A stretch of DNA of 64,000 bases, from assembly GCA_964247055.1 (NCBI GenBank), contig OZ176057.1:3596001-3660000 (forward strand), read 5' to 3'. The notes below the pieces were generated by a model. It had not been told where the DNA came from, did no database searches, and saw only the letters and a program-made list of their open reading frames with translations. Source of the stretch: Paragordius varius (taxonomy: Eukaryota; Animalia; Nematomorpha). Every line of letters begins with the position of its first letter. Within the stretch, counting starts at the first letter, position 1. A program made the position numbers and the translations under genes. Of the stretch, positions 13,377 to 26,523 are shown piece by piece.

Positions 13377-15415
13377 GGGTGGGTTTATAAAAAAATTTTT
13401 TGACCTGACTTGCAAGTTTTTCAAGTCATGGCTTGCTTTCATGTGATAAAATATATAACAATAGAAGACATAAGTCAAACAAGAAAACTTGATTCGGAGG
13501 TGATAAAAAATCATATGCAGGTAAAACTTAAAAATTTTGCAAGTAGGGCACACTTGACAGATTCAAAAATATGGATAAAATTATTTTGGACTCTATTTAT
13601 GTATAAAATTTAGGTTTTATGGGTCAGGTGATAAAAAATTTTTTTGACTTGACTTGCAAGCTTTTCAAGTCATGGCTTGCTTTCATGTGATAAAAAAATT
13701 TAACATTACACGACTTAAGTTAAGCAAGAAAACTTGATAAGGAGGTGATAAAAAATCATATGTTCAAGTAAAATTAAAGATTTTGCAAGTGTGGTGTAGG
13801 GCGCACTTGAAAGATTTAAAAGTATGGATATTATTTTGGAAACTATTTATATACAAAATTTAGGTTTTATATGTAATTAAAACCTTTATTAATGCTATAA
13901 ATTGTTAATTTGATAAATTTTGGCTAATTAATCTATTCATTGGGTGGATACAAAAGACGATAAATTTATAGAAAAACTCTGCTAATATTAAATAAAATGG
14001 CACATTAAAATATGCTAAATATATCAATTCCGTGACCGCAAAAAAATTGGATTCTCGAAAATTTCTTAAAATTAATATTTAAATATTAATCTTGTAAAAT
14101 TTCAAATCTTCGTTTATTAAAAGCAAAACTTCACTTTTATCCAATGTAAAGAATTTATTTCATCATAAATTTATTTCGAATGTAATGTTTATAATCCATT
14201 TAAAATAATTATGTTATATTGTATAAACATCTTCCCACTATATTCGCAACTGGACTCCAAAAATAAGTTGTGTGGTAAAATAATGGAAAGTGTTTTAAGG
14301 GCGAATGGTTTCATCAATCTAAAAATTATTACCAGGCTCACAATTTAGAAAACTCTATAATATTATATAAGATACGTGCCCACTGAGTTTGAAAAACATC
14401 AATAAATGCATATTGTATTTATTTTTTATCTTTTTGTGCCTTATTTTAAAAATTTAGCTGAAAAGGATCAAAAAAATTTCCATAAAATTCGAATTGGGTG
14501 GCAAAAAACTGTTACATTCATAAGCAAAAGACTTGACTTAAGTGTTTTTTTATCACCGATCTTCAAGTGTACACTTGCTGGCTTAAGTAATCTTGCTCAA
14601 CTTGCCACGCTTAGCTTACAAGTCAAGTGCGACTTTTTTATCACTCCACCCTATAAGTAATTCAACTTTTGTTAATGCTATAAAATGTTAATTTGATAAA
14701 TTTTGGCTAATTAACCTATTCTTTGGGTGAAAACAAAAGAGGATAAATTTATAGAAAAACTCTGTTAATATATAAGAGCATAGCACATAAAAATATGCTA
14801 ATTATATCAATTCCGTGAACGCAAAAAATTCGATTATCGAAAATTTGTTAAAATTACTAATTAAATGGTAATCTTGTAAAATTTCAAATCTTATTAAACG
14901 CTAAAGGTTACTTCACTATTAACTAATGTAAATATTTCATCATAAATTTATTTCAAATGTAATGTTTATAATCAATTAAAAATAATTATGTTATATTGTA
15001 AAAACATCTTCCCATTATATTTGCAAATGGATTCAAACAAAATGAGTAGTGTGATAAATGGAAAGTGTTTTAAGGGCGAATGGTTTCATCCATCTAAAAA
15101 TTAATATCAGTCAATATTTAGAAAACTCTTTATCATTAAATAAGATACGTGCCAGTGATTTTGATCTTTAATAAATGCATATTATATTAATTATTTATAT
15201 TTTTGTGTCTTATTTCATAAATTTTGGCTGAAAATGATCAAAAAAATTTATGAAATTCGAATTGGGTGGCAAATGTTTCATTTATAAGCAAAAGACTTGA
15301 CTTAAGTGTTTTTTTATCACCGGTCTTCAAGAGTACACTTGCTGGCTTAAGTAAATTTGCTCAACTTGCCAAGCTTGACTTACAAGACAAGTGCGACTCT
15401 TTTATCACCCAACCC
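13377..15415. mobile_element. Family D ~1 kb non-autonomous DNA transposon (outer, interrupted copy)
   Basis: GGGTGGG(G)TGATAAAAAA...TTTTATCACCC(C)ACCC termini. Halves 13377-13620 and 14652-15415 join into one contiguous family copy. Confidence 0.85.
13621..14651. mobile_element. Family D copy nested inside another family D copy
   Basis: Complete 1031-bp copy flanked by a TAT direct repeat (tat|GGG...CCC|tat). Confidence 0.9.
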
Positions 15416-18400
15416 TTTATTTAATAAATTTTAAAAATATAATTTACAAGAAATATGATTAAAATATACCATAAATAAGTATAAAAAGGGAGATAAGCTC
15501 CGTTTCAATTTTTTTCGTTCCTCTAAAATTATCTAGTTAACTTAAAAAAACCACAAAAATTTCGAGACTACGAGATAAGAATTACATATATATATATATA
15601 TATATATAAATTTTGATATTAACTTTTGAGAATTGCATAATCTTAAAAATATACCCTCAGCTAAATTTGAAGCGACTTACTATTTTGAAACATAAGTGTT
15701 AATCGCATAATGTATTTTTTTAAAACGTAAATTATGAAAATCTCTTTCTCGCCGCCTTTTTTAAATTTTTCTAAAACCGTGATACAACAGGCAAACAAAT
15801 AAATAATTTACAAATTGAAAAGCTTTCAAACCATAATTGTACACAGATTTTTAAAAATTATGGATTTCAAAATAAGCTGCGTTATGGATTATGGGAGCCT
15901 GAATTTAGGATTTTATAAGCTAAAAAACTGTAAAAATAAGACGTTTCTTTGATACAATAATAATTAACTATTAATTAAAACACTTGCAAACCATTTAACA
16001 CAATTAGGAACTGAGATATATTCCTACCCAAAATGGATAGATTAATAAATTTTGTAATACAATGAAAGATTCGATTTAATTTAGGATAACTAGTGACTAC
16101 ATTTATTACTTTAAAATTATTGATATTTCAGCTTATATTTAATTTTCAATATTATAATAAGCGAAAAAATATTGCTTTTAAAAAAAGGTTCATATTAAAC
16201 TATTTGATTTATATCCACGATATTTTTGGAGAGTATCGTGTTTTAAATTTAAACATTTAAGCTAATTAATTTTATAATCAATACATTTAAATTAAAAAAG
16301 TGTTTTATTTTCTATATATATTTTGACAATGCACAAATGTCATGGATAAATCTCCACCTTCGGGATTATCCATAAGATATATATTATCAAGTTTTGTTAA
16401 AATCTTTATTTATTTTTCGATATTCAAACTTTTTAATGTTAATTATTCCATATTTAAATAAGATTTGATTTTACAGACCTGGGGTAACCAACTACCTCAA
16501 TTTGATATAAAGTATACAAGTGTTAAATTTAACAAATACACATTATTTTAACTTTTTTACGTTTAATTGTGATACGAGCCTTATATTGGCTTCAAAAACA
16601 TTTTTTATACTTTTATAATTATTCAATATAATGGATTAATAATTATTCCCATATTATTTTTTTAAGTCTAACATATTTTAACTAGTTCAAATTAAATTAT
16701 AATGAACAGATTCTATAAATTCGGACATGCCCTTAAGCTAATCAAAACGGTAATTAATTAAAAATAATATATTTAAATTTTGCTCCTATTTGCATTTTTC
16801 TTATAATGACCCGTAGAGTTTTATTCGCATACTTTTTATATAAGGTCCCCTTTAACTGTATGATTTTTGAATTTTTTATTATCTCCAATCTCAGGTATTT
16901 AATTATAAATATATTTTTTTTATCTATCTTATAAAATTTATTAATTAGTTTTACATATTTTATTGGATTGGTAATGCTTATGTATTTAAAATGTCAAATA
17001 TTTTTGTGTCAAAAATACTCATAAGGAAAGAAGAGGGAGGAATGTCAATATTGGGACATTTGAATAAATAAAAACAGAGTTTTTTTAGGGGTTAATTTAC
17101 ACTTTTTTATTTTATTTACATTATTATCATAGAGTATATATGTATTTTTGCATTTAAGATTGATTTTTATATATTTTCCTTCCATACACGATTTTGCTGA
17201 ATAATGTTATTATTGTTAACTAACTGTTTTTATATCCCTTAACCTACCCTCCTCCCCATTTTATCTATGTTTAATGAGAGAGATAAAAAATGTCAAAATA
17301 AATATAATCATTGATTTTTTAATTAAAAGATATTTATGACATTGCGGCACGGCGGTGTTCATTATAATTTTTAAACCCATTTTTTGTGGTTACATACATA
17401 ATTATTTAAAACTCATCATATGTTTTTTTTTTCGAAATTTTAAATAAGTTTTATATATAAATTTTTCCAGGGGTGTGAGGAAATTGTTTTTTTAAATTTT
17501 TCAATATTTTTACAGTTTTTTAAATTTCACAATAAGGCGGAAAGTCAGCTCTTTTTTTAACAATTGTACGATAATAATAATAAGCCATTTGTAAGTGTGT
17601 TGATGCAACAAATTTTTTGCCTTAAAGACTTAATTAATCATGGTTTAACATTTATTCATATAATCACATATAATTTTTATAATGAAATACAAATAAAAGA
17701 TTATATAAAGCAAGAGGGGCAACGCCTATTAAAGCGGAAAAATTCTAATGGGGGCGCTAAAAATTTGGAGAATTTAATTAAAAAAATAAAACTAAATATA
17801 TATTATTAAAGGATTTCAGGTGTGAATTATCTAGGTTTGTCACCGATATGGAAAAGATATATTTTCAAAAAATGTAAATATAAAGATCTCATTGATTGGG
17901 ATTTTTATAATATCATAATATATTTTACATTTTTGACTTGGGGATTTTTTTAAGAGGGGGGCGGCGCAAGAATTTTTTGTTTTCAACTTGGTGGCGGTGT
18001 GAACAAATTGGTAACCACTAATTTTAATTTTTTAGTAATATTGTTATTCGAAAATTTTTTGCCATATTCTAAAATTAAAATTATTTGTCAGTCTCGAATA
18101 TTTTATAAAATAAAAGTTTTTAAAATTCATGTTTGTAAAGGCTTAGATATACACTCGCCTGTGTAAAAATTAATCAATATATCATCACTTAGGCCGTTTT
18201 TTGGGGAGATTTAAAATAAAAACTAGGTAGGTAACATTACAGTATAACATATCTCTTAATGAATGATAATTCTATTTTTGTCTTTATTTGGCTTATATAT
18301 GTATATATATTATGTCTATTAAAATTTTTAGATAACCCAAAATTCTAGTGCCAAGAATATTGCATTATTCACCCCACTACAATTTCCAAGCTACATAAAT

Positions 18401-18989
18401 TTTATTTTCAACCTTATCCACATTTCACTCCCAATATAGTATATTACTCTCAACCGGAGTTTTTTTGTTTGGGTTAACCTGACCATCGCTTTATTTGTTT
18501 AAAAAACTTTTTTTTCATTAAACAGTACATATATACATAGAAAACACGAAGCTTGATTAATAGATAATCTTCTATGTTATATAAAGTAGTATCTTAGATG
18601 TTTAATAACACAACACAACATAACATGTATGTTACAATACACAAACAAATATTACACTAAAATACCTGAGCTGTTAAAATTACTGGCTTGCTTCTGTTTG
18701 TTTTGTACATACTTACTTAACCTTTACTAGTTATCTACTTTTACCCATCCTCTATTGTAAACTCTCCCTCACCACCCCCCTTTTTTTATCTTACATTCTG
18801 GTCAAATTCTTATAAAAAAAACCCACATTTTTTTGCCTTAATGATTCGTTTCAAATTATATTCCAAACTTTTTTAACCCATAGTGGTATTTGACAGGCTA
18901 AAAAACCACTTCAAATAAACCATATTTTCCAATGTTGACCGTGATATAGCAAATTTTCTCGAACCGCACTGTCCTATTATAAACTCACA

Positions 18990-19360
18990 ATGGGTCGCAA
19001 AAAAATAAAAATCACCCCTATCAATGATGAAAGAAACCGACAGGTAAAAACATAATTTTTATTTCAAATATATATATTATATATATACCATACACAATTT
19101 AAATTCTTTGAACACTTCAAATTTACTTACCCTCGAACAATTCAAATTTACCCTAAAAATAAGTTATGTGTTTTCGAATTAATTTAACTATTAATATATC
19201 TTTATGACATAGTTTATTATTTTTTCAGTATAATTTTAATTTAAAACAAATATTATAATTTGAAAATATATAAAAATAATAGTTGTAAATTCTTAAAAAA
19301 CATATAATTTGGAATTTAAATTGTTTGTGGGAGAATTTAAATTGTTCATCAGTAAATTTG

Positions 19361-19439
<79 letters not shown>

Positions 19440-22258
19440 TAGATTTCAAATAATTATTAATTCGTATACATCATTTTATTTTTAAGTTTTAAAAATTTTC
19501 AAATTTTCTAAGAACATCAAAAAATTTGTGTGATGTCTATGCCAATAAATAGTATTTACGCCAATTATCTTATAAATTATTAATTATCATTTCAAAGAAG
19601 GGATGATATTTTTAAGTCCAATGTTGCGATATTTCTTGGATTTAATTATAAAAAAGTTATAAAAAAATTGTTTTCCAATAAATAATTTATATGCATGTAA
19701 CTTTATATATTAATTTTCGTAAAATAAATAGGCTGGTAGCTCAAAAGTTATTTTAAATGAATATGTATATATCCATGAATAGATCATTCGCGATATTAAA
19801 TATTTATGAAATTAATTACTAGAGCTAAGTTAATGCCGTTATATAGTCTAAAATTTTTTTTAATTTTAAATTATATTGGATAATAATTTATATATGACAT
19901 TGTGCTGTTTAGGTGACCTTTACAAAACGCAAATTTGGCCTTATGAAAAAAGCTTATGAGCTAAGCGTTCTCTGTGATTGTGATATAGCACTGATCATTT
20001 TTAGCCCAAACAATAAATTATTTCAATACGCAAGTACTGATATGGACAAAATTTTGCTTAAATACACGGAGTATAATGAACCACACGAGAGTCGTACAAA
20101 TAAAGATATCTATGATGTAATTTACATTGTACTATTAATTATGAGTTTGGTCTTAAACACTTTAAGTTTGTATCCTTTATAATTTCAAGGCCGTTTTTAA
20201 TTATTTCAAGTTCATTGTTTTTCATTCCAAGGCCACTTTTTTTGAAAATTGAAATAGCCCATTTCTAAATGATTGTGTCGAGACACAGTTATGTATCCTT
20301 TATTTATTTTATTGAAAATTTATGTTTTTTCGTAAAATGGGAAAAATATTTGGTAAAGAATGGAAAAATCAAGAGCTCTATGGTAATTCTTATACTTTTT
20401 GATCAATAAGATATTGTTAATATTATTAAGCTCTTGTTTTTTCATTCTTACCAAATATTCATCATTTAACGAAATAAAATTAATTTTTGATAAAATAAAG
20501 GATACCTGACTGCATATATGTTTTTTTCATAGTCCTGCTTTATTGTTTTTCAATATGCACTGGCGATATTACAAAATGTTTTATTGAATTTTATCGTTTA
20601 AGTTTTTTTTAATTATTACATCTTTGTTACCTAAAGGAAAAACTGAATATATTTTTTCACACAAATTTATCATTTATTGGATGAAATAGTGGAAATACAA
20701 AAGTATTATTATTGTTAGCGTGTTGTTAATAATTTTCTTTATATTATTCAGACCCTTGGCCGTAAAGCAGCGGCAAATTCGACAGCCGCCATGCATTCTC
20801 TAAATAACGGTCTGCAAACATCTAGTTATTCAAATGACGAAGATAATTTTTCTGATGATCCTGATAATGGGTGTGAAACCTCAATGTTAGCCTCTTCCGA
20901 CAACTATTTCGGTTTGGACCAAGATCATATGTCCGTTGCTGATAGCAATGCACAAACCGTTACCGGTTTATTCAATGATCGGAGACAACATCTTTCTACA
21001 TCGCATGATCGGATAAGTTCGCCGTATTTAAGTGCAGCCTCCAAAAATTATCTGCGACAAAATTCACCTTTGCTAACTAGTCATTACTTTAAGGACGGTA
21101 TCTATACGAATAATAACGATAATACCAATTCACATGACAGGGCAAATCAAAATTCATTTTCACATGGTAAAATTGGTACTCCAAAAAATAATAACGGTTT
21201 CAACACACCAAACGATTATAGTAATGATACGCAGACGACTATCATACACAATAGCAATGATAATATCAGCAATACTAACAAGGTGCCTTCAGAACATTTT
21301 TTAAAATCTGTACGTCCTGTAATCAAGGAGGAAGCTATGTTTGATGAAGATTTAATGGATTCTACTTGTTGTACCACTCAGCAAATCGGTTCAACGGGTC
21401 AATTATCACCTAGCTTGGAACGGGCCTATTCAACCAACCCAAAGGTTAATTTTACTATATGATGTCGGTAAAATATATGATGGAAAAAATAATTTTCAAA
21501 ATTTGTTAAGTTTCAATGTTTTCGTTACACTATCTCATTCCTTAATATTAGTTAAATTTATTTTATTCTATCGATAGATCTCATCACATACATCTGAGTG
21601 TCCCAACGATAATATCAATAACCCAAATATGCCACCATTGCTATTTACCAAACTGAATAGTGGTGATGGCGATGTTTCTCAGGATAATATACCTGCTTAT
21701 GTTCAACAAAATACTTTAAATACCACTCAAGTTATGACCCATAAACATAATTTTCAAAATAAAAATACCTCATCTTTATCTACAAATTTAATGCCTGAAA
21801 CGATAAAAAACCCAAATGTCAACGAAACGGGCACTTTTACAGATAAACATCCAAACACTGCCTATTCTGCTATAGAGCATCCTCCTTCCATGTTTGCAGC
21901 AGGTGGTCATCCCAATTATTCATTTGCTTTTTATCAACAAGCTGCGGCTTATAATATGATTGCACCCCATGCTTTTTATGCCGTAGCGGCTAATTACGGT
22001 TTTCCAAATGCAAATAATGTAAATATTTCCACCATAAATACTGCGTATCCCCTTACAAATTCTAACAGCCAAAATTTAATTTCGTCTTTAGCGGAAGGAC
22101 TGCAAAAACCTATAGCCTCTATACCAAACTTTTATAGTGTGGCTGAAACTTTGGCAACAATACAACACAATCTTCCCAATCATCCAACTAATGATTGCAC
22201 CGATAACATTACTAATAGTGGTAATAATAATGAAATGAAATCATCACAACTGCAACAA
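18990..22258 (+). CDS. MEF2: Myocyte enhancer factor 2 (MADS + MEF2 domain), exons 1-4
   Basis: Exons 18990-19043 ([18 protein letters not shown]), 19913-20116 ([31 protein letters not shown]...[30 protein letters not shown]), 20752-21444 and 21578-22258. All introns are phase-0 GT-AG, and the introns after codons 18 and 86 match the animal MEF2 pattern. Confidence 0.95.
19088..19361. mobile_element. Family A MITE copy in Mef2 intron 1
   Basis: Left end after tatata, subterminal units and family core. Followed by (TA)n(TACA)n. Confidence 0.75.
20285..20512. mobile_element. Family B MITE copy in Mef2 intron 2
   Basis: CAGTTATGTATCCTTTATTT...ATAAAGGATACCTGACTG palindrome. Confidence 0.85.
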
Positions 22259-22289
22259 GTATTTATTATTTAGCATATATGGGTTTTTT

Positions 22290-22500
22290 AAGCTTTTCCA
22301 CCTCCACATGGTGTTGATTGGATCATGGTTTGTCAATTAACAGCATAGGGCAGTTTTGGATGTCTGCAAAAACATGTAATTAAGGATTTTGGGCAGTGAA
22401 ATGTGAAAATCTCACATTAATTCATGCTTCATGTATAAAGACCATAGTAAGGATTTTTAAAGAGTATAAGCACTCTTTACCCCATAATTATTCATATGTG
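22290..22500 (-). mobile_element. Possible decayed Tc1 transposase relic in Mef2 intron 4
   Basis: Minus-strand fragments YTL*KSLLWSL and DPINTMW..K occur in the order of Tc1 Y..ILE..LLPS...DLNPIE..W..LK. Confidence 0.35.
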
Positions 22501-22799
22501 TCAGACTAAAATTGAGCAAAAGTTATAAAAATTAATAATCAGTTTTAACTATAGCAACAGCATTTATAACCTCAAAAATTTACCACAAAGTGATGTCCAA
22601 CACACGGCTCTCTGAGAATATATGTGCGACCCTCGAAAAGTTTGGAATAAGATTTGTAAAAATAGGTTCACAAAATCTTAGCAAAATTAATATTGAGCAA
22701 ATTTTCTGAAGTTTATTCAATTGATTGGCTACAGGACTAGGAAGTTATATTGTGTTCGCATTTTACACTTCTATGTTTGAATCCAATAAATAATATATA

Positions 22800-23146
22800 C
22801 CATTTACAGTTTAAATTCACCCTTAATTCAAATTTACCCTCGTACAATTCAAATTCACCCTCGGACAATTTAAATTCACTTTAAAATAAATTAAGGTTTT
22901 TAAGACTAAAAATTACTTATATTTTTAAATAATGAAATGTTGTTTAAAATTAAAGTAATGCTAAAAAATAATAAACTATGCCATTAAGATCTATTTCATA
23001 TTAATAATGAGTTATATTAACCCGAAAACACATAATATTAGGGTGATTTGAATTGTTCGAGGGTGAATTTAAATTGTTCGAGAGTGAATTTTTGAGAAAA
23101 TGCGCTTCGTTAAGCCAATTGTGTTAGAGACCCCTGTATTAAATGG
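22800..23146. mobile_element. Family A MITE copy with a short hAT-like fragment inserted near the right end
   Basis: ta|CCATTTACAGTTTAAATTCACCC left end. The right TAAATGG|ta at about 23140-23146 is displaced by about 45 bp ending ...AGAGACCCCTG. Confidence 0.75.
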
Positions 23147-24975
23147 TACATTTTGTGTTTTATTTACCTTTACATTTTTCTTAAGGTCATACATGTGTTT
23201 ATTTGTACAAAAATTCAAGGTTTAATAAGATTTTTTGTAAAGTACATCTCAAGGTTTTTTTTTCTTCATAAAAAATTATTGTATCCATATAGGTTTCTTC
23301 TTAACTATATAATTATCACTATAATTTTAACATTAAATAATATTATATATATTAGGTGGTTAATTGATTTAGTACGCTAACCCTTGATAGTGTTGTTATT
23401 GTTAATTTCATCATATTTGAAATTATATATATTATTATCTATATATTTTTATAACCTCCTTAGAGATAGATAATAAGGTATGAATGGGGGATAGTTTATC
23501 AGGGATAAAAATTTAAAATTGAAATTATTTTTCAAGTTATGTACTTTGCAATCGATTGATTGATTGTTATATAGTTTTTAGAGTTAACTCAGTATGAACT
23601 TTATTTAAACAAAAAAATAGAATAAAATTTTTGGTGGGTGTATTTGATATGAAAATTTTCAAATAATATATATTATTTTACATGTAATTCATTATCTATT
23701 ATAAAAAACAATTAAAAACCATTTTTGACTTAAAAACCTGAAAATTATTATTTATAATTTTTTGCTTAAATTCAATGCAAGCATTGTAGTAATATAGCAT
23801 CTATGTTTTAAAGTTTTTAGAGTAGCTTTTAATGAACATCAGATTTTTTATTAAAAACCTCTAACATTTTCCTGTTTAAGTTATTAAAATTTTTTAACTG
23901 TTAATTTATTTTTTTGCCATAATATATATGTATTTATCTAATCGCAAAGTAGTTTTTGCATGAAATTTTAGTTTTAGGGATATCCAACACAAAAGGCTTC
24001 GCCGACCGCATTTTATGTTTGGCATTCATTAATTTTTATTATTGCAAACGCAATCTAAAATTTTCCTAATTCCCTACTAATTGGATAGACCAGTGGTGTA
24101 TACTCACCCAAAAAAAATTTGAAGTACCAAATAAAATATTTTTTGCTTTAATAGCGATGAATGTTGAATTCCTCTTCGTTACATATGCAGATATTTATTT
24201 TACTTTCAATCTGAGTTACGTGACATATTGCAGGTCGCATATAAATAGCTTTATTGATATGAGAATATTTTAGTAATTACATTTTTAACAATCACTTTTA
24301 AGGACATATTTTATAATTACCAACATTCTCAGCAAATCTGGTTTAGCAAGACCAATCTTATCTTGTTATCATTTTAAAAGATGTTTGTGCGTGTATGTAA
24401 GTATACACTTCGTTTCGATTTGGGATAAGCTGACAATATTTAAACTCATATTTTTAAAAAACAAGTGAAAATAACAGTTCTAGTTTATATTTTTACTTCT
24501 ATTATCAAACAAATACAAATAACATTTAGTTTTGAAAATCGACATCCTTTTTGTTTTACAACGTATTTGCAATTATCGTACTTTTTATTGTTCCTAACGC
24601 TAAAATCATAGTTAATTTTTTATTTAAATCAAATCTAACATAGATATAAACAGAATGTTTATGCATTATTTAATTTTTGCAATGGTTTTAATTAGTTCCA
24701 TCGGGGTTTCTAATGACCACAATTTGAATCGAATGACTGAAATGAATGTGTTTTTTCCAAATTTTAAAAATGTAAGAATATTTTTATATTTATTTGGCAT
24801 CGAAATATATTTTTGGAAGGAACACATCTACAAAGTTGGAATTTAAACCAATTTAATTATTAACTAGATGTGCATATAAACAGATAATTACCCTAACGAA
24901 AAATAAAAGAAAATCTTTTAAATAACCAATAAAAATTAAATATCGACTTAAGATAAAAAATTTTAGATATATATA

Positions 24976-25800
24976 CACTGTGTGCAAAAACAATTTTTTT
25001 TCATGAGATAGCTCAAGCGTATTCATTTGCCGTAAATATTTTTATTTGTTTACGACCTAGTTTTTGAAAATTGTGAAATCGAAATCAAACTAAACGTGAA
25101 AATTAAGGATAATTAAAAAAAACTGAGAAAAATTGAGATATTAAAGTTTATTATCATTTTAGGACAGGTCTTAAATTTTATAGTTAGAATTTTATAGATT
25201 CTCGGTTCAAAAGATGGGGTTTTTCTTTTAACACACTTAAAAGACAAGAAGTTTTTTTATAAATCTTTATTAAAATAATTTTTTTTGTTTTACTAGCTTA
25301 CTATTAAAATCTTAAATTTCATATTTTATAGTAAAAAAACTTATATATTAAAATAAAATATTGTTTTTCATTACTGTTTTTCGGTTTATGACGGTATAAA
25401 AAATTTACTGTTTTATTTTAGAGTTTCACATGAGCGGAAATTATAATGTATATATATTAATTAATTAAATTTAGAAGTAAATCAACCAAAAATCCATACT
25501 TATCATCGTAATATTAATTTGTGTTATAACAAACTTGTTACAGGGTTCATACGGATTGTTGGTTGATAATCTACTTTAAAATCTATTTTGCATAAATTAT
25601 ATAAATAATTTCCCTATGTAAGATTCCAAAATAAAACGGTATAAATTTTTTATTCACTCATAAGCCAGATGACAAAAAAATGAAAAAATAAAAACCATAT
25701 TTTGATATCTAAGTTTTTTTACCGAATATGAATGATAAGATTTAATAGTGAGTTTCTAATTTAAGTATCATAGAATTTTTTTATCTTTAGTATATATTTC
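24976..25800 (+). mobile_element. Family F long-TIR element (TA|CACTGTGTGCAAAAA), right-truncated
   Basis: About 420 bp TIR-like arm plus centre, matching 7754-8400 and the reverse complement of 30240-30978. Confidence 0.8.
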
Positions 25801-26523
25801 CTCAATATATGTCTAAAAGTTTTTCATTAATCAGAGATATCTAGTTGTAAATATGTTTTGACATCCCTCTCTGGAAAATAATTTCAATTTTGGTCTGACA
25901 TAATTAAGCTTGACTTCATAAACCCTATGTTAGAGCGTAAGGTCCGCCTAATTTTATATAATATTTTAATTATTACATTTGATCCAGCTGTCTTTGCTTT
26001 TTTTTAATTTTTTGATATTTATTTGGAAAGTTTTAATAACAATATAGTTAAGTTGCAATATAGTTTGTACTAAAGAATTTCTGTTAAAAGCGGATTTAAA
26101 TTGCGTACAACACATTGTGATTTTTTTCCACTTGAGAGAAAGGGGGAAACGTTTATGAATGAAAATTCATCTAGTTTTGACAGAGAGTCTGTACCTATTA
26201 TGATCAAGGATTAGTTTTTAGATATGGTAAATTACCACAAATAAAAACATAAATATTGAATTGGGCATAAATTTATATATCGCGAAATATTTCATTTGGT
26301 ATGCATAATATCAAATTATATGGTCATTTGGAAAAGTATTATTTTCGCTAAATTTCTAACTGAAATCGTCTTTGTTCTATATTATCGGTGTGATTGTAGA
26401 ATAATGTTTCAAAGTATTTGAGTGTTATAGCAATCTTTATACTTACATTATTTATCGATTTTGTGTTGGATTTTTAAGCCGAGATTTGTTTTTCTATATA
26501 ATGTTTTTTTTATTGCGCAATAG

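Noticed and set aside
13377-15415. Family D (or E, F, H) as autonomous transposons
   Set aside because: No long ORF or DDE/Rep-Hel motifs are present in any copy.
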